Assembly: GCF_000023205.1 (NCBI RefSeq)
Contig: NC_012803.1
Span: forward strand, 1,890,001-1,922,000
Length of the DNA stretch: 32,000 nucleotides
From: Micrococcus luteus NCTC 2665
Lineage (GTDB): Bacteria; Actinomycetota; Actinomycetes; Actinomycetales; Micrococcaceae
Reading direction: 5' to 3'
Every line of letters begins with the position of its first letter. Within the stretch, counting starts at the first letter, position 1. Below are positions 1 to 7,253 of this stretch, piece by piece. The translations under genes and the position numbers were made by a program. A model generated the notes under the pieces. That model saw only the letters and a program-made list of their open reading frames with translations, made no database searches and was not told where the DNA came from.

Positions 1-2
1 GC

Positions 3-1040
3 GTCCATCCCGTCTTCTTCTCCACGTCCAACGCCGGCGGCCCCGCGCCCGTGCTCGAGGGCATGGCCGGCGACCCGGGCGTGCTCCAGGACGCGTACGA
101 CGTGGACGCGCTCACGGCCCTGCCCGTGATCCTCACCGCGCAGGGCGGGGACTACACGCAGGCCGTGTACCCGAAGCTGCGCGCCGCCGGCTGGGACGGC
201 ATCTGGATCGACGCCGCCTCCACCCTGCGCATGGCGGACACCTCCGTGATTGCGCTGGACCCCGTGAACCGCGACGTGATCGACGCCGCCCTGGCGAACG
301 GGACGAAGGACTTCATCGGCGGCAACTGCACCGTGTCCTGCATGCTGATGGGCCTGGGGGGCCTGTTCAAGGCGGGCCTGGTCGAGTGGGGCACCGCCAT
401 GACCTATCAGGCGGCCTCCGGCGGCGGCGCCCGGCACATGCGCGAGCTGCTCACCCAGTACGCCGAGCTGGGCGGCGCGGTGCGGGCCGAGCTGGCCGAT
501 CCGGCGTCGGCGATCCTCGAGATCGACCGCAAGGTGATCGAGCTGCAGCGCGGCGGCCTGGACTCGACGCAGTTCGGCGTGCCGCTGGGTGGCTCGCTGA
601 TCCCCTGGATCGACTCCGACCTGGGCGACGGCGTCTCCCGCGAGGAGCGCAAGGCCTACGACGAGACCAACAAGGTGCTCGGGCTGACCGGGGCGGACCG
701 GATCCCCTTCGACTCGCTGTGCGTGCGGATCGGCGCCATGCGCTCCCACTCGCAGGCCCTCACCCTCAAGCTCACCCGGGACGTGCCGCTGGACGAGGTC
801 GAGCAGATCATCGCCGCGGACAACGAGTGGGTGCAGGTGGTGCCGAACACCAAGGAGGCCACGGTCACCGACCTGACCCCGATCGCCGCGACCGGCACCC
901 TGCAGATCCCCGTCGGCCGGCTGCGCAAGCTCAACATGGGTCCCGAGTACCTCTCGGCGTTCACCGTCGGCGACCAGCTGCTGTGGGGTGCGGCCGAGCC
1001 CGTGCGCCGCATGCTGATGATCGCGACCGGGAACCTCTGA
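3..1040 (+). CDS. asd: Aspartate-semialdehyde dehydrogenase; the 5' end lies outside the window and the frame is open from nt 3
   Basis: The translation carries GGNCTVS (active-site Cys) and [18 protein letters not shown], and is near-collinear with my memory of E. coli Asd from PVFFSTS onward. Stop TGA at 1038-1040. Confidence 0.9.
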   Translation, partial: VHPVFFSTSNAGGPAPVLEGMAGDPGVLQDAYDVDALTALPVILTAQGGDYTQAVYPKLRAAGWDGIWIDAASTLRMADTSVIALDPVNRDVIDAALANGTKDFIGGNCTVSCMLMGLGGLFKAGLVEWGTAMTYQAASGGGARHMRELLTQYAELGGAVRAELADPASAILEIDRKVIELQRGGLDSTQFGVPLGGSLIPWIDSDLGDGVSREERKAYDETNKVLGLTGADRIPFDSLCVRIGAMRSHSQALTLKLTRDVPLDEVEQIIAADNEWVQVVPNTKEATVTDLTPIAATGTLQIPVGRLRKLNMGPEYLSAFTVGDQLLWGAAEPVRRMLMIATGNL

Positions 1041-1096
1041 GCCGCGACGCCGGCGCCGAGGCGCCCACCCGGCCCCGCTCCGGCCCCCGTGCCCCC

Positions 1097-1219
1097 GTTT
1101 TCGTTCGGGAAACGGCGGGTGCTCGGGCGTCGTCGTTCGGGAAACGGCGCCCGCGCCGCCTAGGGGCGCCGTTTCCCGAACGAAAGCACTCCTGGGGGCG
1201 CCGTTTCTCGAACGAAAGT
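1097..1219. repeat. Nested inverted/direct repeat array: four copies of the 17-mer TCGTTCGGGAAACGGCG between convergent asd and murB
   Basis: Direct copies at 1101-1117 and 1133-1149. Inverted copies at 1167-1183 (perfect) and 1199-1215 (1 mismatch). Copies are 32 nt apart within each arm. The inner pair extends to a perfect 20-bp stem (1133-1152 / 1164-1183). Confidence 0.85.
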
Positions 1220-1225
1220 GAGGGG

Positions 1226-2425
1226 TCAGAGGCTGGTGCCGATGATCATCGGCTCGGGGTGCAGCTCGACGCCGAAGCGTTCGCGCACGCCGTCGCGCAC
1301 GGTGCGCGCGATCGTCAGGACGTCCTCGGTGCTCGCGTCGCCGCGGTTGGTCATGGCGAGGGTGTGCTTCGTGGACACCGACGCGCGGCCCCCGGCCAGG
1401 CCGGTGCCGTCCACTCCGCGGCCGTCCGGCCCGCCCTCGCGGGGGGCGACCTCGGGCAGCCCGAAGCCCTTCGAGAAGCCCGCGCGATCGATCAGCCAGG
1501 CTGCCGAGAGCTTCACGAGCGGCGTCCCGTCCTCGGCCTCCCCGGCGGCGAACGCCGGGGCGCCCTCGGGCAGGGAGGCCCGCACGGAGGCGGGCACGAT
1601 CGGGTTCGTGAAGTAGCTGCCCGTGGACCACGTGTCGGGGTCCGCCAGGTCGGACACCATCCCCTTGGCGGCGCGCAGGGCCAGCACCTCGCGGCGGACC
1701 ACCGCGAGCGGGGCGTGGGCGCCCTCCTCGACGTCGAGCGCGGCCGCCAGCTGCCCGTAGCGGACCGGCGCCGTCGGCTCGGCGTCGGAGGAGGCGCGGC
1801 GCAGCCGCAGGTCGATCGAGAGCACGATCCACCGGGGACTCGGCGCGTCGGTCTCCAGCATGGAGCGCTTGATGACGGAGTCGCGGTAGCCGAAGCGCAG
1901 GTCCGCCGGCGTCAGCTCGACGACGTCGCCCGCCTCCCGATCCCACGCGCGCAGGGCGACGAGCACCTGCGAGACGTCCGCGCCGTATGCGCCGACGTTC
2001 TGCACGGGCGTCGCACCGGCCGAGCCCGGGATGCCCGAGAGCGCCTCGATCCCGCCGAGCCCGTGCGCCACGGTCCATGCGACGGCGTCGTCCCAGGGGT
2101 GGCCCGCCGCGACCCGCACGACGACGGCCTCCCCCTCGTGGTCCGCGGGCCGGGCCCCGTCGCCGGCGGGCGGCGTCTCGCCCTCGCCGGGCACCGGCCC
2201 GTCCAGCACGTGGATGCCCTCGAAGGCCAGCCGCACGACGGTGCCGGGGAAGCCGGCGTCCGCCATGAGGGTGTTGGAACCGCCGCCGAGCACGAACAGG
2301 GGCTCGCCCGCCTCGTCGGCGGCGCGCACGGCCTCGATCGCCTCGGCCTCGGTGCGCGCGGTGACCCACGCGCGCGCGGGCCCGCCGACGCGGGTGGTGG
2401 TGTGGTCCGCCAGCCGCTCGCTCAC
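1226..2425 (-). CDS. murB: UDP-N-acetylenolpyruvoylglucosamine reductase
   Basis: FAD-binding N-terminus (LFVLGGGSNTL) and MurB C-terminal motifs (GSYFTNP, AAWLIDRAGFSKG, STKHTLAMTNRG). The GTG start at 2425 overlaps the upstream stop (GTGA). Confidence 0.9.
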   Translation of the reverse strand: MSERLADHTTTRVGGPARAWVTARTEAEAIEAVRAADEAGEPLFVLGGGSNTLMADAGFPGTVVRLAFEGIHVLDGPVPGEGETPPAGDGARPADHEGEAVVVRVAAGHPWDDAVAWTVAHGLGGIEALSGIPGSAGATPVQNVGAYGADVSQVLVALRAWDREAGDVVELTPADLRFGYRDSVIKRSMLETDAPSPRWIVLSIDLRLRRASSDAEPTAPVRYGQLAAALDVEEGAHAPLAVVRREVLALRAAKGMVSDLADPDTWSTGSYFTNPIVPASVRASLPEGAPAFAAGEAEDGTPLVKLSAAWLIDRAGFSKGFGLPEVAPREGGPDGRGVDGTGLAGGRASVSTKHTLAMTNRGDASTEDVLTIARTVRDGVRERFGVELHPEPMIIGTSL

Positions 2426-2913
2426 GCGGTCTCCCCCGCGGCTCCGCCGAGGCGGACCACAGCCTGCGCCTTGGTCAGCACGCGCGGCTTCGCCGCTTCC
2501 GGGTTGGTGACGTTCAGGTCGATCCGCACGGTCCCGGCGGCCTCGTCCACGGCGCCGACCGTGCCGACGACCTCGAGCGTGGCGCCGGGGATGGGCGCGC
2601 CGTCGTCGTCCGTGCGCCCCGTGGTGTCCGCGACGGGCACCATGCCGGTGAAGCGGGTCTGGTAGTCGACGACGGCGCCCGGGTCGCCCGCCCAGTCCGA
2701 GACGAGCTGCACGGCAGCGCCCATGGTGAGCATCCCGTGGGCGATGACGCCGGGCAGACCGGCTCTCTCTGCGAACGTCTGGGACCAGTGGATCGGGTTG
2801 CGGTCGCCGGAGGCGCCCGCGTAGGCGACGAGGTCGGCGCGGGTGAACGTGACGGTGCGCCTGCCGACCACCTCGCCCCGGGCGAGGTCGGACAGGCGGG
2901 GGGCGGTGCTCAT
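2422..2913 (-). CDS. MaoC-like (R)-specific hot-dog dehydratase, HadB-like subunit
   Basis: GDRNPIHWSQTFAERAGLPGVIAHGML hydratase motif. The ATG at 2913 overlaps the upstream stop (ATGA). Confidence 0.8.
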   Translation of the reverse strand: MSTAPRLSDLARGEVVGRRTVTFTRADLVAYAGASGDRNPIHWSQTFAERAGLPGVIAHGMLTMGAAVQLVSDWAGDPGAVVDYQTRFTGMVPVADTTGRTDDDGAPIPGATLEVVGTVGAVDEAAGTVRIDLNVTNPEAAKPRVLTKAQAVVRLGGAAGETA

Positions 2914-3356
2914 CAGGACTCCTCTCCCCGGACCAGCAGGGTGGACGTGACGGTGGAGACGGCAGCGCCGTCCAGATCCGCGATCTCGGTGACGGTGGTG
3001 ACCATGCGGTTGCCGCCGAGGGACTTCACGGCCTCGACCCGCACGGTCGCCACGACCTCGTCCCCGGCCACCAGCGGGCGGTGGTGGACGAAGCGCTCGT
3101 CCGCGTGGACCACCCGCGAGAAGTCGATGCCCAGCTCGGGATCGGCGACGACGGCGGCTTCGGCGCGCTGGGCGATGACGACGGCGAAGGTCGGCGGGGC
3201 GACCAGGTCGGCGTGTCCCAGGGCCCGGGCGGCCGCGACGTCGTGGTGCGCGGGATGCTGGGCCTGCACGGCCTCGGCGAAGCCGCGGACCGCCTCACGA
3301 CCGACCTGGAAGGGGGGCGCGGGCGGATAGCTCCGCCCGGCGACGTCGGGGTTCAC
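2913..3356 (-). CDS. MaoC N-terminal-like hot-dog protein, HadA-like partner subunit
   Basis: The track ORF runs to 3491, but the GTG at 3356 has AGGAGG about 11 nt upstream. The product (VNPDVAGRSYPP...) has a typical length of about 147 aa. Confidence 0.7.
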   Translation of the reverse strand: MNPDVAGRSYPPAPPFQVGREAVRGFAEAVQAQHPAHHDVAAARALGHADLVAPPTFAVVIAQRAEAAVVADPELGIDFSRVVHADERFVHHRPLVAGDEVVATVRVEAVKSLGGNRMVTTVTEIADLDGAAVSTVTSTLLVRGEES

Positions 3357-3402
3357 GCTCAACTCGGGCCTCCTGCGGGACGGTTCTCGACTGCCGTCCA
3401 GC

Positions 3403-3696
3403 CTAACGGCCGGGGCGCCGCTCCCCCTGCCGGCGGGCGGCCTGGCGGAAGCGCACGAGCTGGGCGGACAGGTGCACGGCAACGCCCGCACCGAGCACGC
3501 CCAGGGCGGTCCCGGAGACGGCGAGGCGTCCGGTGCTCCCGCCGACGACCGCCAGCACGATGCCCACGAGGAACAGCGCGGAGCCGGTCAGCACGAGGGT
3601 CCGGTAGAGCCGGGAGCCGTGCTCCCACGGGGAGACGAAGCCGCGGGGCGCGGCGGTGCCGCGGGCGGGCTGGTGGGCGGGGCGACGCGTGGACAT
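3403..3696 (-). CDS. Small hypothetical membrane protein (97 aa, two hydrophobic helices)
   Basis: Strong GC3 bias in this frame. TAGCCT box lies 7 nt upstream of the ATG. Hydrophobic segments include LVLTGSALFLVGIVLAVVGG. Confidence 0.55.
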   Translation of the reverse strand: MSTRRPAHQPARGTAAPRGFVSPWEHGSRLYRTLVLTGSALFLVGIVLAVVGGSTGRLAVSGTALGVLGAGVAVHLSAQLVRFRQAARRQGERRPGR

Positions 3697-3703
3697 GCCC
3701 GCC

Positions 3704-3709
3704 AGGCTA
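3704..3709 (-). promoter_or_regulatory. Putative -10 box TAGCCT, 7 nt before the ATG at 3696 (leaderless layout)
   Basis: Minus strand reads GGTAGCCTGGCGGGCATG. Confidence 0.35.
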
Positions 3710-3785
3710 CCGGGGCGACGGACGGGCCCCGGAACGCGAAAGGACCCGGCCCCTCCGAGGAGGTGACCGGGTCCGTCCGATTCCG

Positions 3786-3859
3786 TAGCGGCGGGGGGAC
3801 TCGATCCCCCGACCTCACGATTATGAGTCGTGCGCTCTAACCAGCTGAGCTACGCCGCC
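3786..3859 (-). tRNA. tRNA-Met (CAT), elongator type
   Basis: Hand-folded cloverleaf: GGCGGCG/CGCCGCT acceptor, anticodon arm CACGA-CTCATAA-TCGTG, T arm GGGGG-ATCGAGT-CCCCC. It lacks the initiator features (no 1-72 mismatch, no GGG/CCC anticodon stem). CCA is not encoded. Confidence 0.93.
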
Positions 3860-3919
3860 ACGACACGAGAACGCCCGCACTCACGGTTTTCACGCCGCGA
3901 GGGCGGGCTCTCATGTCAG

Positions 3920-3991
3920 AGCCCCGACCGGGAATCGATCCCGGGACCTCCATCTTACCAAGATGGCGCTCTACCACTGAGCTATCGGGGC
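3920..3991 (-). tRNA. tRNA-Thr (GGT)
   Basis: Hand-folded cloverleaf: GCCCCGA/TCGGGGC acceptor, anticodon arm CCATC-TTGGTAA-GATGG, T arm CCGGG-ATCGATT-CCCGG. Confidence 0.93.
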
Positions 3992-4016
3992 AACGAGGTG
4001 AGACTCTACCAGGGCC

Positions 4017-4043
4017 CCGGGACCGATGCAAAATCGGCCCCGG
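4017..4043 (-). terminator. Hairpin downstream of the helicase gene (11-bp stem, 5-nt loop)
   Basis: CCGGGACCGAT-gcaaa-ATCGGCCCCGG. The single imperfect pair is A-C on the plus strand and U-G on the minus-strand RNA. There is no clear U tract. Confidence 0.4.
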
Positions 4044-4078
4044 CTCAGGCCTCCGGCGGGGTCCGCACCCCGGCCGGA

Positions 4079-6274
4079 TCAGCGGCGGGCGCCTCGATCC
4101 GAGCGCTCCTGGGCGCCCCAGCGGGGCTTGCGGCCGCCGGGGCGTCCCCCGCGGTCCCCGCGGAAACCGCGGTCGTCACGGTCGCCACGGAAGCCGCCCC
4201 GATCCTCGCGGAAGCCCCGGTCGTCCCGGTCCTTGCGGAAGCCGCCCCGATCGCCCCGATCGCCCCGGTCCTTGCGGAAGCCGCCGCGTTCGCCGCGGTC
4301 CTTGCGGAAGCCGCCGCGGCGCTCGCCGCGGTCCTCGCCGTCGCGCTCGGCGCGGGTCGGGCGGCCGGTGTCCTTGCGCAGGCCGAGACGACGGCCGTTG
4401 ATCTCCGCGTTGGCCGCCGCCTCGAGCTGGGCCGAGGTCAGGTCCGCCGGCAGCTCGACGAGCGAGTGGTTGCCGCGCAGGTCGATCGCGCCGATGGCCG
4501 AGGCGGGCAGGCCCACCTCGTTCGCCAGCGCACCCACGATGTTGCCCGGCCGCACGCGGTCCTGGTGGCCCACGGCGATCCAGTACGTCGCGTTGCCGGC
4601 CGCGGGCTCCCGGGCCGGACCACGCGAGCCGCGGCCGTCACTCGTGCCGCGCTCACGGCCGCCGTCGCGCCCACCCTCGCGGCCGCCGTCGCGGTCCTTG
4701 CGGTTCCGGCCGCCCCCGAACGGGATCTCCTGTTCGCGGGCCAGCAGCGGGCGGCCGCCCTGGGCCATCATGCCCAGCGCGGCGGCCACGCGCGTCGGCT
4801 CGGCCTCGTGCTCGTCGACGTACGCGGCGACGATCTCACCGAACACCGCCAGCTCCTCCTCCGAGGCGCGCTCGAGGGTGCGGGTGATGCCGTCGGCGAA
4901 GCGGCGCTTGCGGGCCGCATTGACGTCGGCGACGGAGGGGACGGCCATCTCCTCGACCTGCTGGCGGGTGGTGCGCTCGATCTGCTTGAGCAGGAAGCGC
5001 TCGCGCGGAGTCATGAAGAGCACGGCGTCGCCCTGGCGTCCGGCGCGGCCGGTGCGGCCGATGCGGTGCACGTAGGACTCGGCGTCCTGCGGGATGTCGT
5101 AGTTGATCACGTGCGAGATGCGCTCGACGTCCAGGCCGCGGGCTGCGACGTCGGTGGCCACCAGGATGTCCACGCGGCCGGTCTTGAGGTCCTCGACGGT
5201 CTTCTCGCGCTGCTTCTGGGCGATGTCGCCGGAGATGGCGACGGCCTTGAACCCGGCGCGCGTGAGCTTCTGGGCGAGCTCCTCGGTGCCGGCACGGGTG
5301 CGCACGAAGGCGATCACGCCCTCGTGGTCCTCGGTCTCGAGGATGCGGGTCATGGCCTCGAGCTTGTACTGGTGGCCCACCTGCAGGTAGCGCTGGCGGA
5401 TGGTGGCGGACGTCGTGGACTGACGGGACACGGCCACCTCCTCCGGGGAGTTCAGGTATTGCGCGGAGATGCGGCGGATGGCCGGCGGCATGGTGGCCGA
5501 GAACAGCGCGGTCTGCTTCGACGCGGGGGTGGAGGCGAGGATGCGGTCCACCTCCTCGGCGAAGCCCATGCGCAGCATCTCGTCCGCCTCGTCCAGCACG
5601 AGGGTCTGCAGCTGGGAGAGGTCCAGGGAGCCGCGCTCGATGTGGTCGATCACGCGGCCGGGGGTGCCGACGACGACCTGGGCGCCGCGGCGCAGTGCGG
5701 ACAGCTGGGGACCGTAGGGCGAGCCGCCGTAGACGGCCAGCACGGACACGTCGCCGAGATGCTTGGCGTACGCGTCGAAGGCCTCGGCGAGCTGGAGCGC
5801 GAGCTCGCGCGTGGGGGCCAGGGCGAGGATCTGCGGGGCGTTGGCGCGCCCGTTGACGTCCGAGGCCTCCGCCAGGCGGGAGAGCGCCGGCAGCGCGAAC
5901 GCGCCGGTCTTGCCGGTGCCGGTCTGGGCCAGGCCCACGACGTCGCGGCCCGCGAGCAGCAGGGGGATGGTCGCCTCCTGGATGGGCGAGGGCGCGGTGT
6001 AGCCCAGGTCCTCGACGGCGGCCAGGACGCGGGCGTCCAGGCCGAGGTCCAGGAAGGTGGGGCCGGCCGGCTCGGCGGGAGCCTCGGGGGCGTCGGGCTC
6101 GGCGGGAGCCTCGGGGGCGGAGGGCTCGGCGGCGTCGACCTGCGGGACGGTCCCGGTGGCTTCCTGCTCCACCTCGGCGAGCTCGGGGGCGACGGTCTCC
6201 GCCTCGGGGGCGGTTTCCACGGGCGCGGCGGTCGGGGCCTCGGCGGTGGTCTGGGGATCGAGGATGTCGGACAT
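4079..6274 (-). CDS. deaD: DEAD-box ATP-dependent RNA helicase (DeaD/CsdA-like) with a DbpA-type RNA-binding domain and an RGG/RD-rich tail
   Basis: PSPIQ (Q motif), AQTGTGKT, DEAD, SAT and HRIGRTGRAG are present. The track ORF starts at 6451, but the ATG at 6274 has AGGAGG just upstream (CACAGGAGGACCCATG) and yields MSDILDPQ... Confidence 0.9.
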   Translation of the reverse strand: MSDILDPQTTAEAPTAAPVETAPEAETVAPELAEVEQEATGTVPQVDAAEPSAPEAPAEPDAPEAPAEPAGPTFLDLGLDARVLAAVEDLGYTAPSPIQEATIPLLLAGRDVVGLAQTGTGKTGAFALPALSRLAEASDVNGRANAPQILALAPTRELALQLAEAFDAYAKHLGDVSVLAVYGGSPYGPQLSALRRGAQVVVGTPGRVIDHIERGSLDLSQLQTLVLDEADEMLRMGFAEEVDRILASTPASKQTALFSATMPPAIRRISAQYLNSPEEVAVSRQSTTSATIRQRYLQVGHQYKLEAMTRILETEDHEGVIAFVRTRAGTEELAQKLTRAGFKAVAISGDIAQKQREKTVEDLKTGRVDILVATDVAARGLDVERISHVINYDIPQDAESYVHRIGRTGRAGRQGDAVLFMTPRERFLLKQIERTTRQQVEEMAVPSVADVNAARKRRFADGITRTLERASEEELAVFGEIVAAYVDEHEAEPTRVAAALGMMAQGGRPLLAREQEIPFGGGRNRKDRDGGREGGRDGGRERGTSDGRGSRGPAREPAAGNATYWIAVGHQDRVRPGNIVGALANEVGLPASAIGAIDLRGNHSLVELPADLTSAQLEAAANAEINGRRLGLRKDTGRPTRAERDGEDRGERRGGFRKDRGERGGFRKDRGDRGDRGGFRKDRDDRGFREDRGGFRGDRDDRGFRGDRGGRPGGRKPRWGAQERSDRGARR
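4140..4340 (-). repeat. Imperfect in-frame tandem repeats encoding the RGGFRKDRGD-type helicase tail
   Basis: The 19-mer GGTCCTTGCGGAAGCCGCC occurs at 4228, 4267 and 4297, with related units on either side. Confidence 0.8.
6069..6119 (-). repeat. Perfect 24-nt direct repeat with 27-nt period, encoding the APEAPAEPD repeat in the helicase N-terminal extension
   Basis: GGCTCGGCGGGAGCCTCGGGGGCG at 6069-6092 and 6096-6119. Confidence 0.85.
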
Positions 6275-6482
6275 GGGTCCTCCTGTGGGGATGCGCGGGC
6301 GCACGCCGGAGGACGTCGGTCGCGGGTCGACGTCGTGGGGCGCAGGGGCCAGCTGGGTCAGATGATTCCGTCCACCCGGCAGCCCCCGAGGGCCACGACG
6401 TTCGTGGCCCGCACACACATCTGCACAGACATCTGCAGTCCGGCGTGGCACACGCGTCCACGCTCACTCATCACAGGGGGAG

Positions 6483-6508
6483 AGACCGGATCCGGTCTGC
6501 CCAGTCTA
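6483..6508 (-). promoter_or_regulatory. Putative deaD promoter: -10 TAGACT(GG) at 6503-6508, next to the perfect 16-bp palindrome AGACCGGATCCGGTCT at 6483-6498
   Basis: Minus strand reads GTAGACTGGGCAGACCGGATCCGGTCTC. The palindrome would overlap or immediately follow the predicted transcription start, about 220 nt upstream of the ATG. Confidence 0.4.
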
Positions 6509-6571
6509 CGCCACCGGACCCCGGGCCGGGCTGTGCCCTCGGACACCCCGGCCGCGCACCGGCCGGGGCGA

Positions 6572-6577
6572 TAGGCT
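6572..6577 (+). promoter_or_regulatory. Putative -10 box TAGGCT, 6 nt before the GTG at 6584 (leaderless layout)
   Basis: GATAGGCTCGGCACGTG. Confidence 0.35.
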
Positions 6578-6583
6578 CGGCAC

Positions 6584-7213
6584 GTGCCCCAGAACAGCGA
6601 AGACCGCCCCCTCGCCCGCGGGCTCGGCCGGGCCGCCGGCCGTGCCGCCCAGTCCTTCCGGGAGAATCAGCGGGCCGACGACGCACGGCTGCGCGCCGAG
6701 CGCGCCCGCCTCACCGCCGAGGACGAGGAGCGCGTGGAACGGCGACGCGCGGACCGCGAGCGCGACCTGGCGGCGCGGGACGCAGCCGAGTCCGATGCCG
6801 GCCTCGTCCACCCGCTCCTGAAGGTCGCGCGCCTCTACTGGCTCGCGGTCACCGTGGTGCTGGTCGGCATCGCGGGCGCGTTCCTCTGGAACGGGGCCCG
6901 CGCACAGGACAGCGGCGAGCCCGTCATCGATCCGCTCACCGGCATGGAGTCGGTGGGCGTGCTGGGCGGCGCGACGGGGCAGTTCACGATGGGCACCGCC
7001 GTCGCCCTGCTGGCCGCGGCGTCCCTGTGGGGCTGGATCGGTCTGCTGCGCCGCCGTCGTTCGGCGATCGGGACCCTGACGTTCATCGCCGTCCTGCTGG
7101 CCGCCCCCGCGTTCCTGCGGGCCAACGGCCTGCTGATCATCCTCGCCGTCGTGATGCTCCTGGGCGCCGCGCTCGTCTGGCTGCCGCCCGTGCACTCGCG
7201 CCTGCGGCGCTGA
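6584..7213 (+). CDS. Hypothetical membrane protein: charged R/E/D-rich N-terminus followed by about 4 TM helices
   Basis: High GC3 in this frame, whereas the competing minus-strand ORFs look like artefacts. Hydrophobic segments include LYWLAVTVVLVGIAGAFLW and LLIILAVVMLLGAALVWL. Confidence 0.6.
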   Translation: MPQNSEDRPLARGLGRAAGRAAQSFRENQRADDARLRAERARLTAEDEERVERRRADRERDLAARDAAESDAGLVHPLLKVARLYWLAVTVVLVGIAGAFLWNGARAQDSGEPVIDPLTGMESVGVLGGATGQFTMGTAVALLAAASLWGWIGLLRRRRSAIGTLTFIAVLLAAPAFLRANGLLIILAVVMLLGAALVWLPPVHSRLRR

Positions 7214-7253
7214 GCCCGCGCGTCCCGCCCCCGCCGGCGGGCGGCGGCGCCGC

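Noticed and set aside
1097-1219. A MITE or insertion-sequence remnant.
   Set aside because: It is not called as a mobile element. It has no transposase, no recognisable target-site duplication, and only one locus is visible in this window. It is kept as a repeat finding pending a genome-wide copy count.
386-2665. A 759-aa plus-strand ORF spanning the asd 3' end and the whole murB region.
   Set aside because: It lies antisense to, or out of frame with, two genes that have clear motifs. Its product is R/A/G/P-rich low-complexity sequence typical of stop-poor alternative frames in GC-rich DNA. It has no RBS or promoter logic.
3357-3785. An L33 (rpmG) gene expected between tRNA-Met and the Had-like genes.
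   Set aside because: I translated the minus strand of the interval. There is no Cys-rich L33-like ORF of about 55 aa, only the 97-aa membrane protein.
3830-6574. A 914-aa plus-strand ORF.
   Set aside because: It starts inside the tRNA-Met/tRNA-Thr genes and runs antisense to the complete DEAD-box helicase gene. It has no recognisable motifs and shows an antisense-type composition.
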